Translations under genes and position numbers: made by a program
In this document: positions 1-12,150 of the stretch, one piece after another
Layout: every line of letters starts with the position of its first letter
Position numbering within the stretch: the first letter of the stretch is position 1
Notes under the pieces: generated by a model
Databases searched by the model: none
Seen by the model: only the letters and a program-made list of their open reading frames with translations
What the model was told of the DNA's origin: nothing
From: Gnetum montanum
Lineage: Eukaryota; Plantae; Gnetophyta
Direction: 5' to 3'
Assembly: GCA_015680685.1 (NCBI GenBank)
Contig: MNCI01000651.1
Location: 1,116,001 to 1,180,000, forward strand
Length of the DNA: 64,000 nucleotides

Positions 1-1501
1 GACATGTTACCCATGCTTGAAGGCACTCCTTTGTCCAATGGCCAAGGCTCCTTTAAAACTAAATTACGTTATTAATAAATTGCTTCATTGTACTTCATTG
101 CCAAGTGTTAATATTTCTTGCAGTTGTGGTAGTCTTGTGGTTGTTAGTTTTGAGATAATACAATGCGATGTCATTGGTAAGTGGTATGAAGTTGGTTTGG
201 ATCTTGGACGGAAGGGCTAATGATCATTTTAACCATGCATTACACGTAGAATTCATTATGCCTATAATAAGACACCTCATGTCCCATTTTCTACAATCCT
301 TGCTACTACCATTTCACCTCATTGTTGTATACAAGCATAACTTGATGGATTTGTATAATATAGTATTATTTTCTTATTGAGGCAATACTAACATGTGTGT
401 TTTGGAAGACAGGTATGTTTTACATTAACTCTTTGAGTGCCTACGAACACTTGTAGGTGTGGTTATATAAGAGCACTAAGGGCAGGAGCCTACTTTAGGG
501 AGGATCCACTTGTATAACTCTTGTGCTTTATACTTGATGACCAATTTCACATTATCTTGTGCTTCTAGAACACTTATACAATCATTGTTATTTTCCTATA
601 CACTCATCTTCATTCATGTATTCAACAATTTTGATCAACCATCTCCTACAAAGCTTAATCAACTTACCTTGCCCAAACTCATTTCACACACTTTCAAGGA
701 CAAATTCTTACATTCTAAGCATCACCTATGATTAAGAACCCTTTAAACCATTTCTCTACCTTTTAAACTATCCATTTTATCCCATTTTTTCATTACAAAT
801 AGCACAATATCTTGAAAATTTTCACGGTGATATAGTAGATACAATGTATGAGCCCTTGCAATGTCGCATGCACGATGTTGTGTCTACAATATATCCCTAC
901 TAAAAATCTATATATACACACGAGGTGTTAGAAAAGTTTTTCATTCTCTCATTTCACACACAAGGAGTTTATGTTGTTTTTCTGACCTCCAAGCTTTAGA
1001 GAGCCATATCTTTCTCACCACAACTCCAATTTGTGTCATTTTTGTTTTCTTTTGCTCATGGAGTGGCCAACTTAGTTGTGGGAGAGAGTACTACATGTAG
1101 TTCATGCGATGTAGTCTGTGTGAATTGCATCCAATTTTTCTAATGCTTGGAAGAACAAAGTAACGATTAGAATTATAAGAAATGATTATATTTTCACCTA
1201 ATACAAGTTAATAAACTTAATGATTTTTTTCCAAATAACCATTCAAACACACATTAAATAGGAAATTTAACGATTGTGATCAGTCATAAAAGATAAACTT
1301 GCTTGTAAACAGTGGAAAATTCTTCAATTAAGGGTTTTTCTTGGAGAGGAATTTATCCAAGTTACAAATTTTTCAAACTCTGCAATCCGAGTTAGAACTA
1401 AAGTTGACGTTAAGGAATGATTTTGATCAAAATCCAAGAATTCGAGGAATGTTTATGAATTCGAGTTAGTTATGTAATCTCAAAACTATTCATGATTGTA
1501 G

Positions 1502-4260
1502 ATGCTTCCCAAGAGACTTGAAGTGGAAGGACCTTCACAACCAAGGAAGAAAAGTCCTAGAGGAAGAGGTAGAGGAAGAAACAGAGAATCGACTCCTCTT
1601 GCAAAGCAAAAGGCTTAGTCCTACAACATCTATTAGCCTACACCTATGACAGGGCAATTTGCCTAGGTAGAAGCTAATGCACTGCCTATGCAATAATAGG
1701 GACAATGCCTCACACTCTTAAATGAGTGTCTTCAAGCCATCCAGGAAAAGTCCATTATGTCCATGATCATAGTGGAATTAAATTTTGGATTGTTTATGGA
1801 TTTTGCTCATGTTGAAGTTTAGGAACGACTACAAGCCTCTCCTTTGTGGTCCACCATCTCAAGTAATGGTGAATGGTACTTGGGAGAAGTTTACCAATTC
1901 TGGAAATATAAACAAGATGATGCTATTATGAAAATAGAAGAGGTTAGAGTGTCATACTCACTTGAAGCAATAGCCAAGGCACTTAATATTCCAAACGTTA
2001 GAGCCAACATTGCCCAAATATCTACTAGGTCCAACTTAGAGGCAAAAAAATTATGGCTATAGAGGGCCTATGGAATGAGTGAGAAAGAGTATAATGGATT
2101 GTCCATGGCTGAGAAAATTTACTTCAAGATTGGGACATACTATCTATTTCTTACACAAAGACTAAACATAATCTTTACCTATGCTGCTAGAGGAAGCACC
2201 ATCTTGATGGGGAAATTTGAGGTCAATATGGCTCATTTGCTATTTTTGGAAATCCAAATGAGATTCAAGGAGAAGAAGATAGGGAAATTTACTTTGCCAT
2301 TACCTTGTCTCATTAGAATATTGTGCTGACAAGCAAAAATATTGGGCTACACCAATGATGTGCTTCGCAAAGCCCAAAATGACTCTTATGCTGAAATCTC
2401 TAAACCAATGTCACGAAAGAAAGATCGAGTGAAGAAGCCAATAGACATTGAGGGAGTAGCAGTGTCTACACCAGCAGGAAACATTCCAGTTACGGGAATG
2501 GAACAAGCAAGACCCATTGGGTCAACACCAGCTGTTAAGAGACTAGGGCAAAGTGCTCCTCTAGCGCATCATGATTATAGACCTTCGATGAGCCATTTGT
2601 AGTAGATTGTTAAGACAATAAGTTAGGGAAGCTATGAGGTCTCAAGCATGTCTAGAGTGTAGGACAATCTCAATAAGTCTACCATATCAATATGACCTGC
2701 AAGTGGTTAAGTCACATTGCAGACATGAGAAGACAAAGACTAGACACAACAAATTTGTGGGAATGCTACATCTTTCCAAGTGATGTTTGAAATAGAAGAA
2801 CGAGCCATAGTAGTGGTAATGCAACATTAAGATGTAGTAGGAGCAGATGAAGTCATCATTGATCATATAAAAACAATCTTTTAATGTTTCAGTTGTGTCA
2901 CTAGTTGATATCATTGGAGCAAGAGGTGTGGAAACTATAGCCAAAATGTCAATGGCCCCAGCAAAGCAGAGCAATATATTGGATAGTCTGCTATAGACAA
3001 GACAAGTTATGCAAAACCTCTTTGATGTTTCTAGTGATGTCATTGTAGTTTAGTTGGAACTAATGTTAACCAAGGATAAGCTGGTCATTGCTGAAACCGG
3101 AATGGAACATGCTGAAAACGAAGTGTAGAGGTTACAGGAGGAATTGGCCACACTGAAAGTAGAAAGAAAAAACCTTGCACAATACATTGCACCTGACTAG
3201 TTAGATGAATTTAGGAATGAATAGATTGACCAACTGATGACCAAGTATGCCCAAATGGAGATGGAGAAAGAGAAGGTGGCATGGAACACTTTAGTGGCAG
3301 ATGTTGAGACATATGCCCATGTCAAAGCTCTAACTGCACTTGAAGAATAAAATAAGAGAATTGTTGCTGAGAATGTAAGGTTGACAAACATAGAGAAATA
3401 AAAGAATGTTCTAGATGAAAGCATTCATTAGTTGAAAGAGCAATTTGTTCGGGTCAACCTTGATATCAGATAGTTGGCCAGAGAAAATAGACCCCTGTCC
3501 ATGGAAAAAATCCATGCTGTATGCTAGAAATCAACCATCGAGATCAGTGTGTGGTAAAATGAGGTCAAGAAGTATGAATTAAAAGAACACTTCAGAGATC
3601 AAGTGAGAATGTATAAGAAAATCAACGAAAAAGAGATCTATATGACCAAAGATAGAATCTACTCCATCACAACACAAACATGGGATTGACAACCCATCTT
3701 GGACAATCTTGCCCATGTACACCAAGTTGAAATCAAGAATAAAGACTTGCAAATTAAAAATTTGACAAAGTACATGGGGTCAGGAAATCTCCGATATGCT
3801 AAATTAGCCATGTTAACAGTAGACAAGCCTAGAACGAAACTAGAGCAACAAGTGGCTGTAGTTTACGCAATGTATGAGAATGTGTTTGTAGACAGAAAGG
3901 ATGCACAACAAAAGCTCCACATAGCAAACTCTGAGGTACAAGTGGTCAAAGCTAGCTAGCAAGATTAGAAGGACATAGCAACAAACTTGGCCAGAAGAAT
4001 AACTGATTACCAAGACTTGAAGAAAATGGCTAGGGCTTTTGAAGAAGAATGAAGGCAGTTTGTAGCATGGTTAGTGAAAGCAAACAAGATGCTCTCCTAG
4101 TTGCTATGTCCTTGGAAAGTATTGACTTCAGTGAATTTGCCTGGATGGTACATGATCTGGGATTTGAAGAAGAGAAGCTTTGGGCACTACTTAGTAGGTA
4201 TCAATTTTAGAAGCTTGATGACAAGGGAAAGAAGCTGATAGAGGAGCCACCACTGCCTAG
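1502..4260 (+). pseudogene. Decayed Athila-type extra ('env-like') ORF: putative plant transposon protein-like N-terminal domain plus long coiled-coil
   Basis: Starts MLPKRLEVEGPSQPRKKSPRGRGRGR. ORF-track pieces WSTISSNGEWYLGEVYQFW, VSYSLEAIAKALNIP, AHLLFLEIQMRFKEKKIGKFTLPLPCLIRILC and NLRYAKLAMLT have counterparts in the other copies. Many stops and frameshifts. Confidence 0.7.
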
Positions 4261-4496
4261 AACATAAGGACTATATCGAGCATTGTTTATTTTGGTTTGT
4301 TTTAACTTGTTTTTGTCATATGTGTCAATCACGCATTGCATGATAATTTTGTAAATACCACTCGAACCACAATTCAACATTCATAAGAGAGTCAGTTATG
4401 TATATAAGTCATAATGTCAAAGTCTATATATAACCCCACAAATTTGTAAGGACCTTTATCCTCCTTTTGTTTAACTTGAGGACAATCATGTGGGTA

Positions 4497-5180
4497 TGAA
4501 AAAACCTTTATTATGCACACTACGATATCGTAGCTTTGCATATGTAATCGTAGATGCGATGAAGTGGACCATGGTCATGTCTATAAATATCAACCTACTG
4601 TCACATCAAAGGAACAACTTTTTACTAACACGTAGTGAAACGTTTGCAGTTTGTTTTCGTAAGTTAGAGTTAGAGTGAATGCCCATTGTGTGGTGAATTA
4701 CAGATGTACAGAATCTTTATTCGAATGGATTGTTCTTGGACATAGTTCATGAACAGCAATAAAGATTGAGATTATTTTTCATCATTACAACAATTCACTT
4801 AGCATAATTTTACTTTTCCATGTTGTTTACATTTACTAAGTTATTTACTTTTACTAAGTCTTTTACTTTCCAATGTCTATTCGTAAGGCGGAATAAGTAC
4901 GATTGGTTTCAAGTGTAAAGTGTAACTGTTTGGTAAACCATTAGTAACTTTGCTTGAGTCAGGACTGTGGAGTTGGGAGCCAACACACACTATGTACTCA
5001 TTTTGCATAACACATGTTAGAACAACACAAACATAAACAAATAACAAACCAAGCATTGATGACCAACCTAAGCTAAAAAAGCTCATCATATTTAACTCTT
5101 ATTCCACCAAACCAGCCAACACAACACCCTTGAGCTTCACCAATGTCCAATCTCAGAACTCTTGGAGACTAGTACCTAAC
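4497..5180 (+). repeat. 3' LTR of Athila-like copy A (right end uncertain)
   Basis: Begins TGA after the gggta PPT-like junction. ctataaatat TATA at 4581. The stretch ttattcgaa...acagcaataaagat matches the LTR at ~51950-52005. Confidence 0.55.
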
Positions 5181-6079
5181 ACATAGTCTCAATATGTTTA
5201 GTTTTCATGTCTACTTAATTACATTAGATGTTTAGTTTTTATGTGTACTTAATTACGTTAGTTAAATGTTCTGCATGCAGCTCTTACAGGTCTGCCTTGC
5301 ATTCACCCATAATCACTCTCATTGGTATTAGAAGCCCAATAGTAAATAACCTTTCAACTTTTAATGCCATGGTCAAATATCAACTTGTGAACAATCTTCT
5401 TTTCCTTTAGGATGAGCAACTGAAGTAAAAGCACCATTCGCTGTAGCTAGGAGGGGGCATTGTGGAACGTTTGAGGTCTTATAATCAATTGGTCACAACC
5501 TTTGGTGCTAACTTCACAACATCACTTGTTGACCATCAAAATCATCAACAGTCTAACATCAATAATCTTTTTTGGAGAAAATGCTAGAGGAAGTAATCAA
5601 TACTTTGAAATTTATGTGATTTTTTCAATCCTAAATAAATCTCAGAATGTCTACTCATCAATTGTTGGAAATTGCTTTTAATTGGTGGTTAGCATTTAAA
5701 TCTATAGTTGAGGTCTCACAGTTAAATCCATAGTTTACACTATAACTAGTTGTAAGTTGTCAAACTCTAATTAATGCTTAGTGTTTTTTTTTGGGAAAAA
5801 TTTGGGCTATATTACATGAAAAATTTACAGAATGTGCATGCCAAGCTCCCAAAAAAGGGGAAGAGGATCCTCCCCCATGCACCCAACACCCTCAAGCAAA
5901 ATTTGGTGGGCCCCCCACCCTCATGTTGAGGCCAGAACCATCCCAACAACAGGAAAAAAAAACAGCAAAACCCCCCAAAAGCCCCCAAAAACGTCACAAC
6001 CAAATGAAACGAGGAAAAAAAAAACAAGACAATAGAGACATCGGTGGCACCACCCCCCACTCCCCACCCCTCCCCCAAA

Positions 6080-6720
6080 TTACAGCCTAAGCGGTAGCCA
6101 AGAACAGGGACAATAGGTGCTCTCCTGCGCATGGATATCATCTAGGACCTCCTTGTGCGGCTTCGTGTCAACGAAGGCCACCACCTCCTGAAATCTTTAG
6201 AAAGCCTTCGTTGCCTTGCTCCCCTACTTATCAGAGTGAAAGTGTCTTCCTTGCCTATGGATGTGGCACTGCAAGGCCGACCACGGGGCATTCTGACCAA
6301 TGTTGAGAATAACATAAGGACAATGGCCCCCCTGTAGCCAGGCAATCACTTGATCAGCATGGGCCTTATCCAGCTGACGTTGGATTTGGTCTTCCTCCTC
6401 TTCTTGGGCTCAGCACTTAGCAACCTCCCTTTCTGTCTCCTGCTGCTGCTTGGCCTCATCTTCTAGCTCCTACCACACTCTTTCTCGGAGCATTGCCTCT
6501 TGCTCAAGCTGCGAGGCTGCCTGGGCCAAATCCCAGCAGATTCTTTCTTCTTTGACGGCCACCCAAATGGCCTCCTCCTACTGCGCTGCCCATAGCTGCC
6601 TCTTCTATCGGAACTCTTCATCTCTTTGGTGCCACTGCTCCTCCCGCATTAGTTGCTTTGTGGCCTGCCCTTGCTCCACTCCCGCAACAAATGATGTCCA
6701 GTAGGATGGGGATCACCCCC
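6080..6720 (-). pseudogene. Coiled-coil segment followed by a DnaJ J-domain, inside the LINE 3' region
   Basis: Manual translation in the frame of ORF 6713..6907: ...EDEAKQQQETEREVAK...EEEEDQIQRQLDKAHADQVIAWLQGGHCPYVILNIGQNAPWSALQCHIHRQGRHFHSDK*GSKATKAF*RFQEVVAFVDTKPHKEVLD...* (TAA at 6082-6080). Fits the J-domain pattern PY.vL.v...A....i....r.....HPDK.....aF..iqEa...l.D...r..yD. Confidence 0.75.
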
Positions 6721-6899
6721 CATGCACATGGCCTCTAGCCTCCATTGTTTGTGCACTAGTGAACGGGCCCCCTCCTAGAGAGGAGGCTTTACGCAGCTCA
6801 CCCCTGGATTTACTCCTTGGCTCCTCCCCATGCACCTCCTCCACCCCTCCCCTAACCCCCCCTTCGACTCTAAAGAGAGCTCCACAACAGCTGGTCATG

Positions 6900-9800
6900 T
6901 AGCACAACTGTCAGCCATAGACCACACGAAGGGATGGCCCCACTTGCTCCAAATGAGTGGCACCCCCCACAACCTTCCAAAGTGCGAAAATAAGGCTAGA
7001 GTGGCACCCATGCCGTTGCCTCCGTAGCACAACCAGAAAAAGTTGAGGTAGATTAGCCATACACCCCTAATGCAGGCAGCTCATCAGAGAAAAGTGGACC
7101 CAAACCAATTTCCATGCATTTCTAGACTGGACAAAGAAGTGATCCACCAGGACCATCACCTCTTGCCACAATGGCTCTAAGGTCCTCTTTGACACTTGCC
7201 CGCTCCCTGTCTTGGGGACAGCCTTGGGGAAAAATTCTTTGGTGTCTTGTAGCCCCTAGTTGCACAAAGGAACCTCCTCCCCTATTGCCGACACATGAAG
7301 TATTCATGCAATGGCAGCCTTCGTGAGCTTGATGTGGTTACTGCGAAAAATTGTCCAATCCTCCACCCAGTTGGTGAAAAATGGCCTATCCTAGCCTCCA
7401 TCTCAAGATGCCATAGCACCTCATTCCTTTGGAATTCTTCACATGGGGGCTTAATAGTGGGTGTCACCCCCATCGCGAACAAGGCTTCCTACCACAGGTG
7501 CACACCTTCTGTAGCCATTTGTGCTGGCCATAGCAACGGCTCCCCCCTAAACACCTGAAAATTGTGCACATGCCACAGTCTCCATAGAATAGCAGTGGCT
7601 AGAGACTCCCTGTTGAGCTTCATTCCAATTGGCAAGTTAGCTGCTCTCCACACTTGCTTGGTAAAAATGCATTCTTGAGCAAAGTGCATGGTGGTTTCGA
7701 CCCCCACCATGTAGAGGGGCCATGTGTACTTAATTTGCATGTTGCGCCTTCGCAGTTCCTAGCGTATGAGAATAGCGTCATGGCACAATAACCACAAAAA
7801 GATTTAAATCTTTTTGGGCAAATGCCTCGTCCACACATGGCACCACTCCCCAATCGGAGGAAATCTATCCCAAATCAGTTGTTTAGTTGGGGCATTTAAT
7901 GACCCCATTGTTGTCAGCACCTGCATGTGCTGACAAATCACCTGTCAGGTGTTTGAAACATTCCCTCCCACTTTCCAAGGCGTGCACTTGCATTGTAGAA
8001 GGACAACCCACTATGCAGGATTCGAGTCTTGCAACAATAACTTACCCAAAAGGGCCTGATGTCCCATCGCCAAAACATCCTAGAATCTCAGTATGCTTAG
8101 ACCCCTCGCTTCTTTAGGTCTCGCCACCTTGTCCCAAGCCACCAAATGAAGATGGTTCCCCCTTTAACCCTTGACCATGTAAATTCTCAAATAAGCTTGA
8201 CCACTTGGTCAATCACCCTTGTTGAGGGGTAAGCCGCACTAGCTGCAAAATGTGCTATGGCCAACAACATCACCCGTGCCCACAACACCCTTCTAGCCTA
8301 GGAAAGAAATCTATTCGTCCAATGGGAAACCTGTTCCTACATACGTCCTAGCAAACCCCCCCACACTCTACATCGATGCCAATTAAACAACAGGAGCCCC
8401 AAGTACTTGTCTTCAGCCGAATCGGGCAGCACCCCCAACACCTGAATGATCCTTCCTTATATCCCCATGTCAATGTTTAATAGGTGGAAAACCAACTTAG
8501 CCTGACTGATTTGGAGCCCGATTTCCTCCCCTATGCAGTGGAGGGCTCTATTGATTGCATGTGCTTGCGGCATGGTGGCCTTTGAGAATAGAATAGTGTC
8601 ATTCGCATAATGTTCCACCATGTATTGCACCCCATTGACGCCCAAACCTCTCACCCCCTCAGCTTCATAGTATGTCCCCATTGTATCCATCACCAGAATG
8701 AAGAGGAATAGAGACAAAGGGTACCCTTGTCAAAGCCCCCTTGCAGTGGCTTCAAAACCCCATAACTTGTCCTTGAAATCCAAGGAAAAAGCCCTCGACC
8801 ATTGAATGTTAACACACAGATCAGTGAAGTGCAATGGAAACCTTTGCGAAGCATAACCTCCCAAAGAGCCTCCCAAGTAGCCGTATCATAGGCTTTAGTG
8901 ATGTCCAACTTCAGGCACATCCTAGGGAACTTACTCACCCAGAGCGAGTGAACAACTTTCTGCACTAGAATGATCTGGTCTTGTATGGGCCTACCCTTAA
9001 CAAAACTTGCCTATTACACCCTCACTAGGCACGGCATCAGCAGCCCTAGACGATTCACCAACAATTTCAAAAAAAGCTGAAGCAACGTGTTGCAGATGCC
9101 AATAGGCTGAAAATCCGTGGGATAGGACGGGTTGTCCTTGGGAATAAGCACCACCTAAGCATAATTTATCTCCTATCTAACCGCCTCCCATTGCAACATA
9201 GCATTAAAAGCATCCAACAAGTTGTCTTCAAGGACATCAATAAAAGCCTAGAAAAACTCTACCAGCCACTCGTTCAGCCTCAGGGCCCGGCCCCCCTTCA
9301 TCGAAGCGAGCGCCATCTTGAATTCTGCTTGCGTGAGCAGGGCCAGCAAACATCTGTTGTCAGCCTCATTTAAAACTTTTTCAATTTGAATAGTGAGAGG
9401 TGAGACTTGCTGATACTGCTAGATGTTTGACCAAAAATCCTGTAGCGTCCTTGCCACCTGTTCTTGCCCCTCCATTAGGGAGCCATTCACCATGAGGCAG
9501 TTAATGCTTTTGGATTGTCTCACCGACCACGCTGTAGTGAAAAAGAAGCAAGAATTGTGGTCTCCCTCTTTCAACCAAGTCCTCTTGCTTTGCTGTTGCC
9601 AGTAGTTCTCCTCCGCCTCTAGGGCATGCAATTTTGGAAGCACCTTCGCCTTGGCATCCCTCTAGTAATCCCCCTGTTCTTGCCTTGCCTAGACCATCAT
9701 CAAACACTTGAGCAACTCCCCCTGACACACCTGAAACGAATACTTATCATCTGCCCACATTTGTTTAATGCCATGCTTAACCATAGTTAATCCTTGCTTC

Positions 9801-10593
9801 AGGAATTCTTTGGGCTTAGACGTCCCATTGTAGCCTTGTCGGATATCCTCCACAATCGACCACAACCAAGGTTTGTGAACCCAATATTGTTCAAATTGAA
9901 ACACTGACAATCCCCCTTGGTATTGGGGCCCCACTATGCACAATAACGGCCTGTGGTCCAAGGCCAGCTGCACCTAACCTTGGAACTTCACTCCCCTTTG
10001 CAACATTAGTGCTGATGTCACCCACACTTGATCAATCTTGGTCAACAGTTGGGCCGTGCTTTTATGTCCATTGCACCACGTGAATTGGCACCCTTGATTT
10101 CCAAATCCACTAGGCCATGCATGTCTAGGAACTAGAGGAACGATTGGGCTCTAGGCGGCTCATGCATGCCACCATCCGATTTCTTCCAGCCAAATAGTCG
10201 CTGGTTGAAGTCCCCCACCAACACCCACTGTTGCTTGTTGGGCACCAATGTTGCAATCCTTTGCAGCTCATGGAGTCTTTCCTCGCATTGTTGAGTCCCA
10301 TAGAAGTTTGTGATGATCAGCCCCATTAGGAGTCGAAAGGAAATCCTCCAGTCTGAAAAATCCATAGCATCGAACAACCATTGAGAGAGAACCTCCACAC
10401 CCCTTGCCCATCCCTAGCATCCCATCAAGAATGTTTTTCATGCTTGCCAGCTAAGCTATTGCCTTTCACTTGGCATCATCTTGGTCTCTTGCAAACAAAC
10501 GATGTCACAACACTCCTTGCGCACCAAATCCTGGAGGGTATTTCGTTTAGAGCAGTGACCCAACCCCCTGTAGTTCCATGAGAGAATTCTCAT
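6900..10593 (-). pseudogene. LINE ORF2 (APE endonuclease, reverse transcriptase, zf-RVT-like C-terminal region)
   Basis: ATG at 10593 gives MRILSWNYRGLG. Then LQETK, VGDFN, FTWCNG, DHRPLL; LKLDITKAYD, QGYPLSLFLF, HYANDTILF, KYLG; ETTMHFAQEC..KQVW, ILWRLWHVHN. Multiple stops and frameshifts; 3' end uncertain. Confidence 0.9.
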
Positions 10594-10619
10594 GGTTTAC
10601 TGAAATTGCACTTCTTGTA

Positions 10620-11093
10620 AACCTCTTGGATGGTCCGTTGGACCCCTAGGTCGACCTCCTTCTGTGACTTCTTTGTTTGGGTAGTTGAGCTCGAGGGTCT
10701 TCACACTTTGGCCAGCTTAGGGGAGACGACAAAACCCTTCTCCAGTTTCAGTCTATTCCCCACAACATCTGACATGGATAGTATTGGGCTGGCCTTGAGC
10801 ACATTCACCCAATTCCTTAGCGGTAGCAAGCCTCCACCACCCAAAGGCCCCATAGACCCTTGAGGCGATGAGTCCCCAACCGCAAAAGGCAACCTAGGGG
10901 CTACATCCCCCTAACACCCTCCTCCACCCTCAGCATGACCAATAGGAAGAGCCCTGAATGGTGATGTTGACCCCTCCCCTTCCATGATTTCCCCACCCTT
11001 CTACGGGTCTTCCATCCTCGAAGCCTTATCCAATTTGTGGGAAACCATTGCCTGGGGTAGTGCACCTGTTGAATCCTCCTCTTTGTGCCTAGT

Positions 11094-11132
<39 letters not shown>

Positions 11133-12150
11133 NNNNNNNNNNNNNNCTCCCCCCCCCCCCCCCCCCCCAGTTCCTCCCCTTGTTACATGCATCTTTTGCA
11201 TGCCCCCTTGGCCTTGACTTCAGGCTTGTCCCCCCTTTTGGTTCACTCGAGTCTACCCCTCATCCGTTGGTTTCGGCCCTTTGGGATCATGCACCACCTT
11301 GTAATCCATAGTCACATGCCCCCCCTTTGCACATTTCCCACACAGCCCCTGTGCCATCATGGCCGAAATCCCCTCTATGACCATGTTTTTGTATTCCACT
11401 TGAACTTGCTCCTCGCTTGAGGGTAGCTCCAGAGTCCACCTCTGTAACAAGGTCTTTCACTGCAAGAGACTTCCACACACAGAACCGAGTGTAGCCCAGC
11501 CTATCCATGGCCATTGTGGGTTGGTCAAAGGAGACGAATTCTCCAAACAAACCAGTGAGCATCCTTAGAAACCTTGAAGTCCACAGTTCCCAAGGGATCC
11601 TTAAAACTTGAATCCACACTGGTGCCCTCAAGAGCAAGTTAGGGTCCTAACGTGCCCTTGGCTACCATTGGGTTAAAGCCAGCTCTCTGGCCCCAAAGAA
11701 TCAGGGCTCCCCTAGTAGGACACGGTCATGGTCTGCCGCCATTGGAAAGATAAACAAAAGGAGATTCCTAGGCAAACTCTTTACCTTGACCTGGTAGAAA
11801 CCCCACTGCATTGCCACCCATCGACGAACTGCCTCCAACTTCCGGCCTGCACCTGCCGACGCAAACTTCCCAATGAGGTTGCACTCCAGAGTCTGCAACC
11901 CTTCATTCAGCACCGCTGCAATCCGCAGCCACATGGACCCCTCCTCTTGTATGCACCCTTCAATCTCGCTAGCCTCGGGCCCCCAAATGGACAGGTCCCA
12001 TTCGACCTTCACCGTTGGACCAAGCCCCCTGGAAGCACCCACCCTTGCTTTCTCGTGAGCACCTCCGTTTGACTTGCCATCACCCAGAGCCCCATCTATG
12101 ACTGTGTCCCGCCCATCAGCACCATGCTCCTTGTCATCCTCCCCACTGCC
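10620..12150 (-). pseudogene. LINE ORF1 (DUF4283-type RNA-binding domain plus zinc knuckle)
   Basis: CNLIGKF...AVRRWVAMQWG...LLLFIF...DRVLLGEP; APVWIQVLRIPWELW...GYTRFCV; VQVEYKN...LCGKCAKGGH. Boundaries approximate. Confidence 0.85.
11096..11168. other. Poly-C run spanning an assembly gap (N at 11133-11145)
   Basis: Homopolymer C on both sides of the Ns. The poly-Pro and poly-Gly ORFs here result from it. Confidence 0.9.

Larger units (their letters stand above)
1..5180 (+). mobile_element. Athila-like Ty3/gypsy LTR retrotransposon, 3' half (copy A): post-pol spacer, extra ORF, PPT and 3' LTR
   Basis: Colinear similarity with copies B, C and D. Shared GGGAGGATCCAC motif (~493-510), extra ORF at 1502-4260, and PPT junction aacttgaggac...gggta|tga (~4473-4499) matching 51612-51650. 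Ends approximate. Confidence 0.7.

Noticed and set aside
5791-6141. Overlapping ORFs of 67-109 aa
   Set aside because: They lie in the low-complexity G/T-rich 3' UTR of the LINE.
10984-11420. Poly-proline and poly-glycine ORFs (extensin- or formin-like)
   Set aside because: They are produced by the C homopolymer and N gap inside LINE ORF1.
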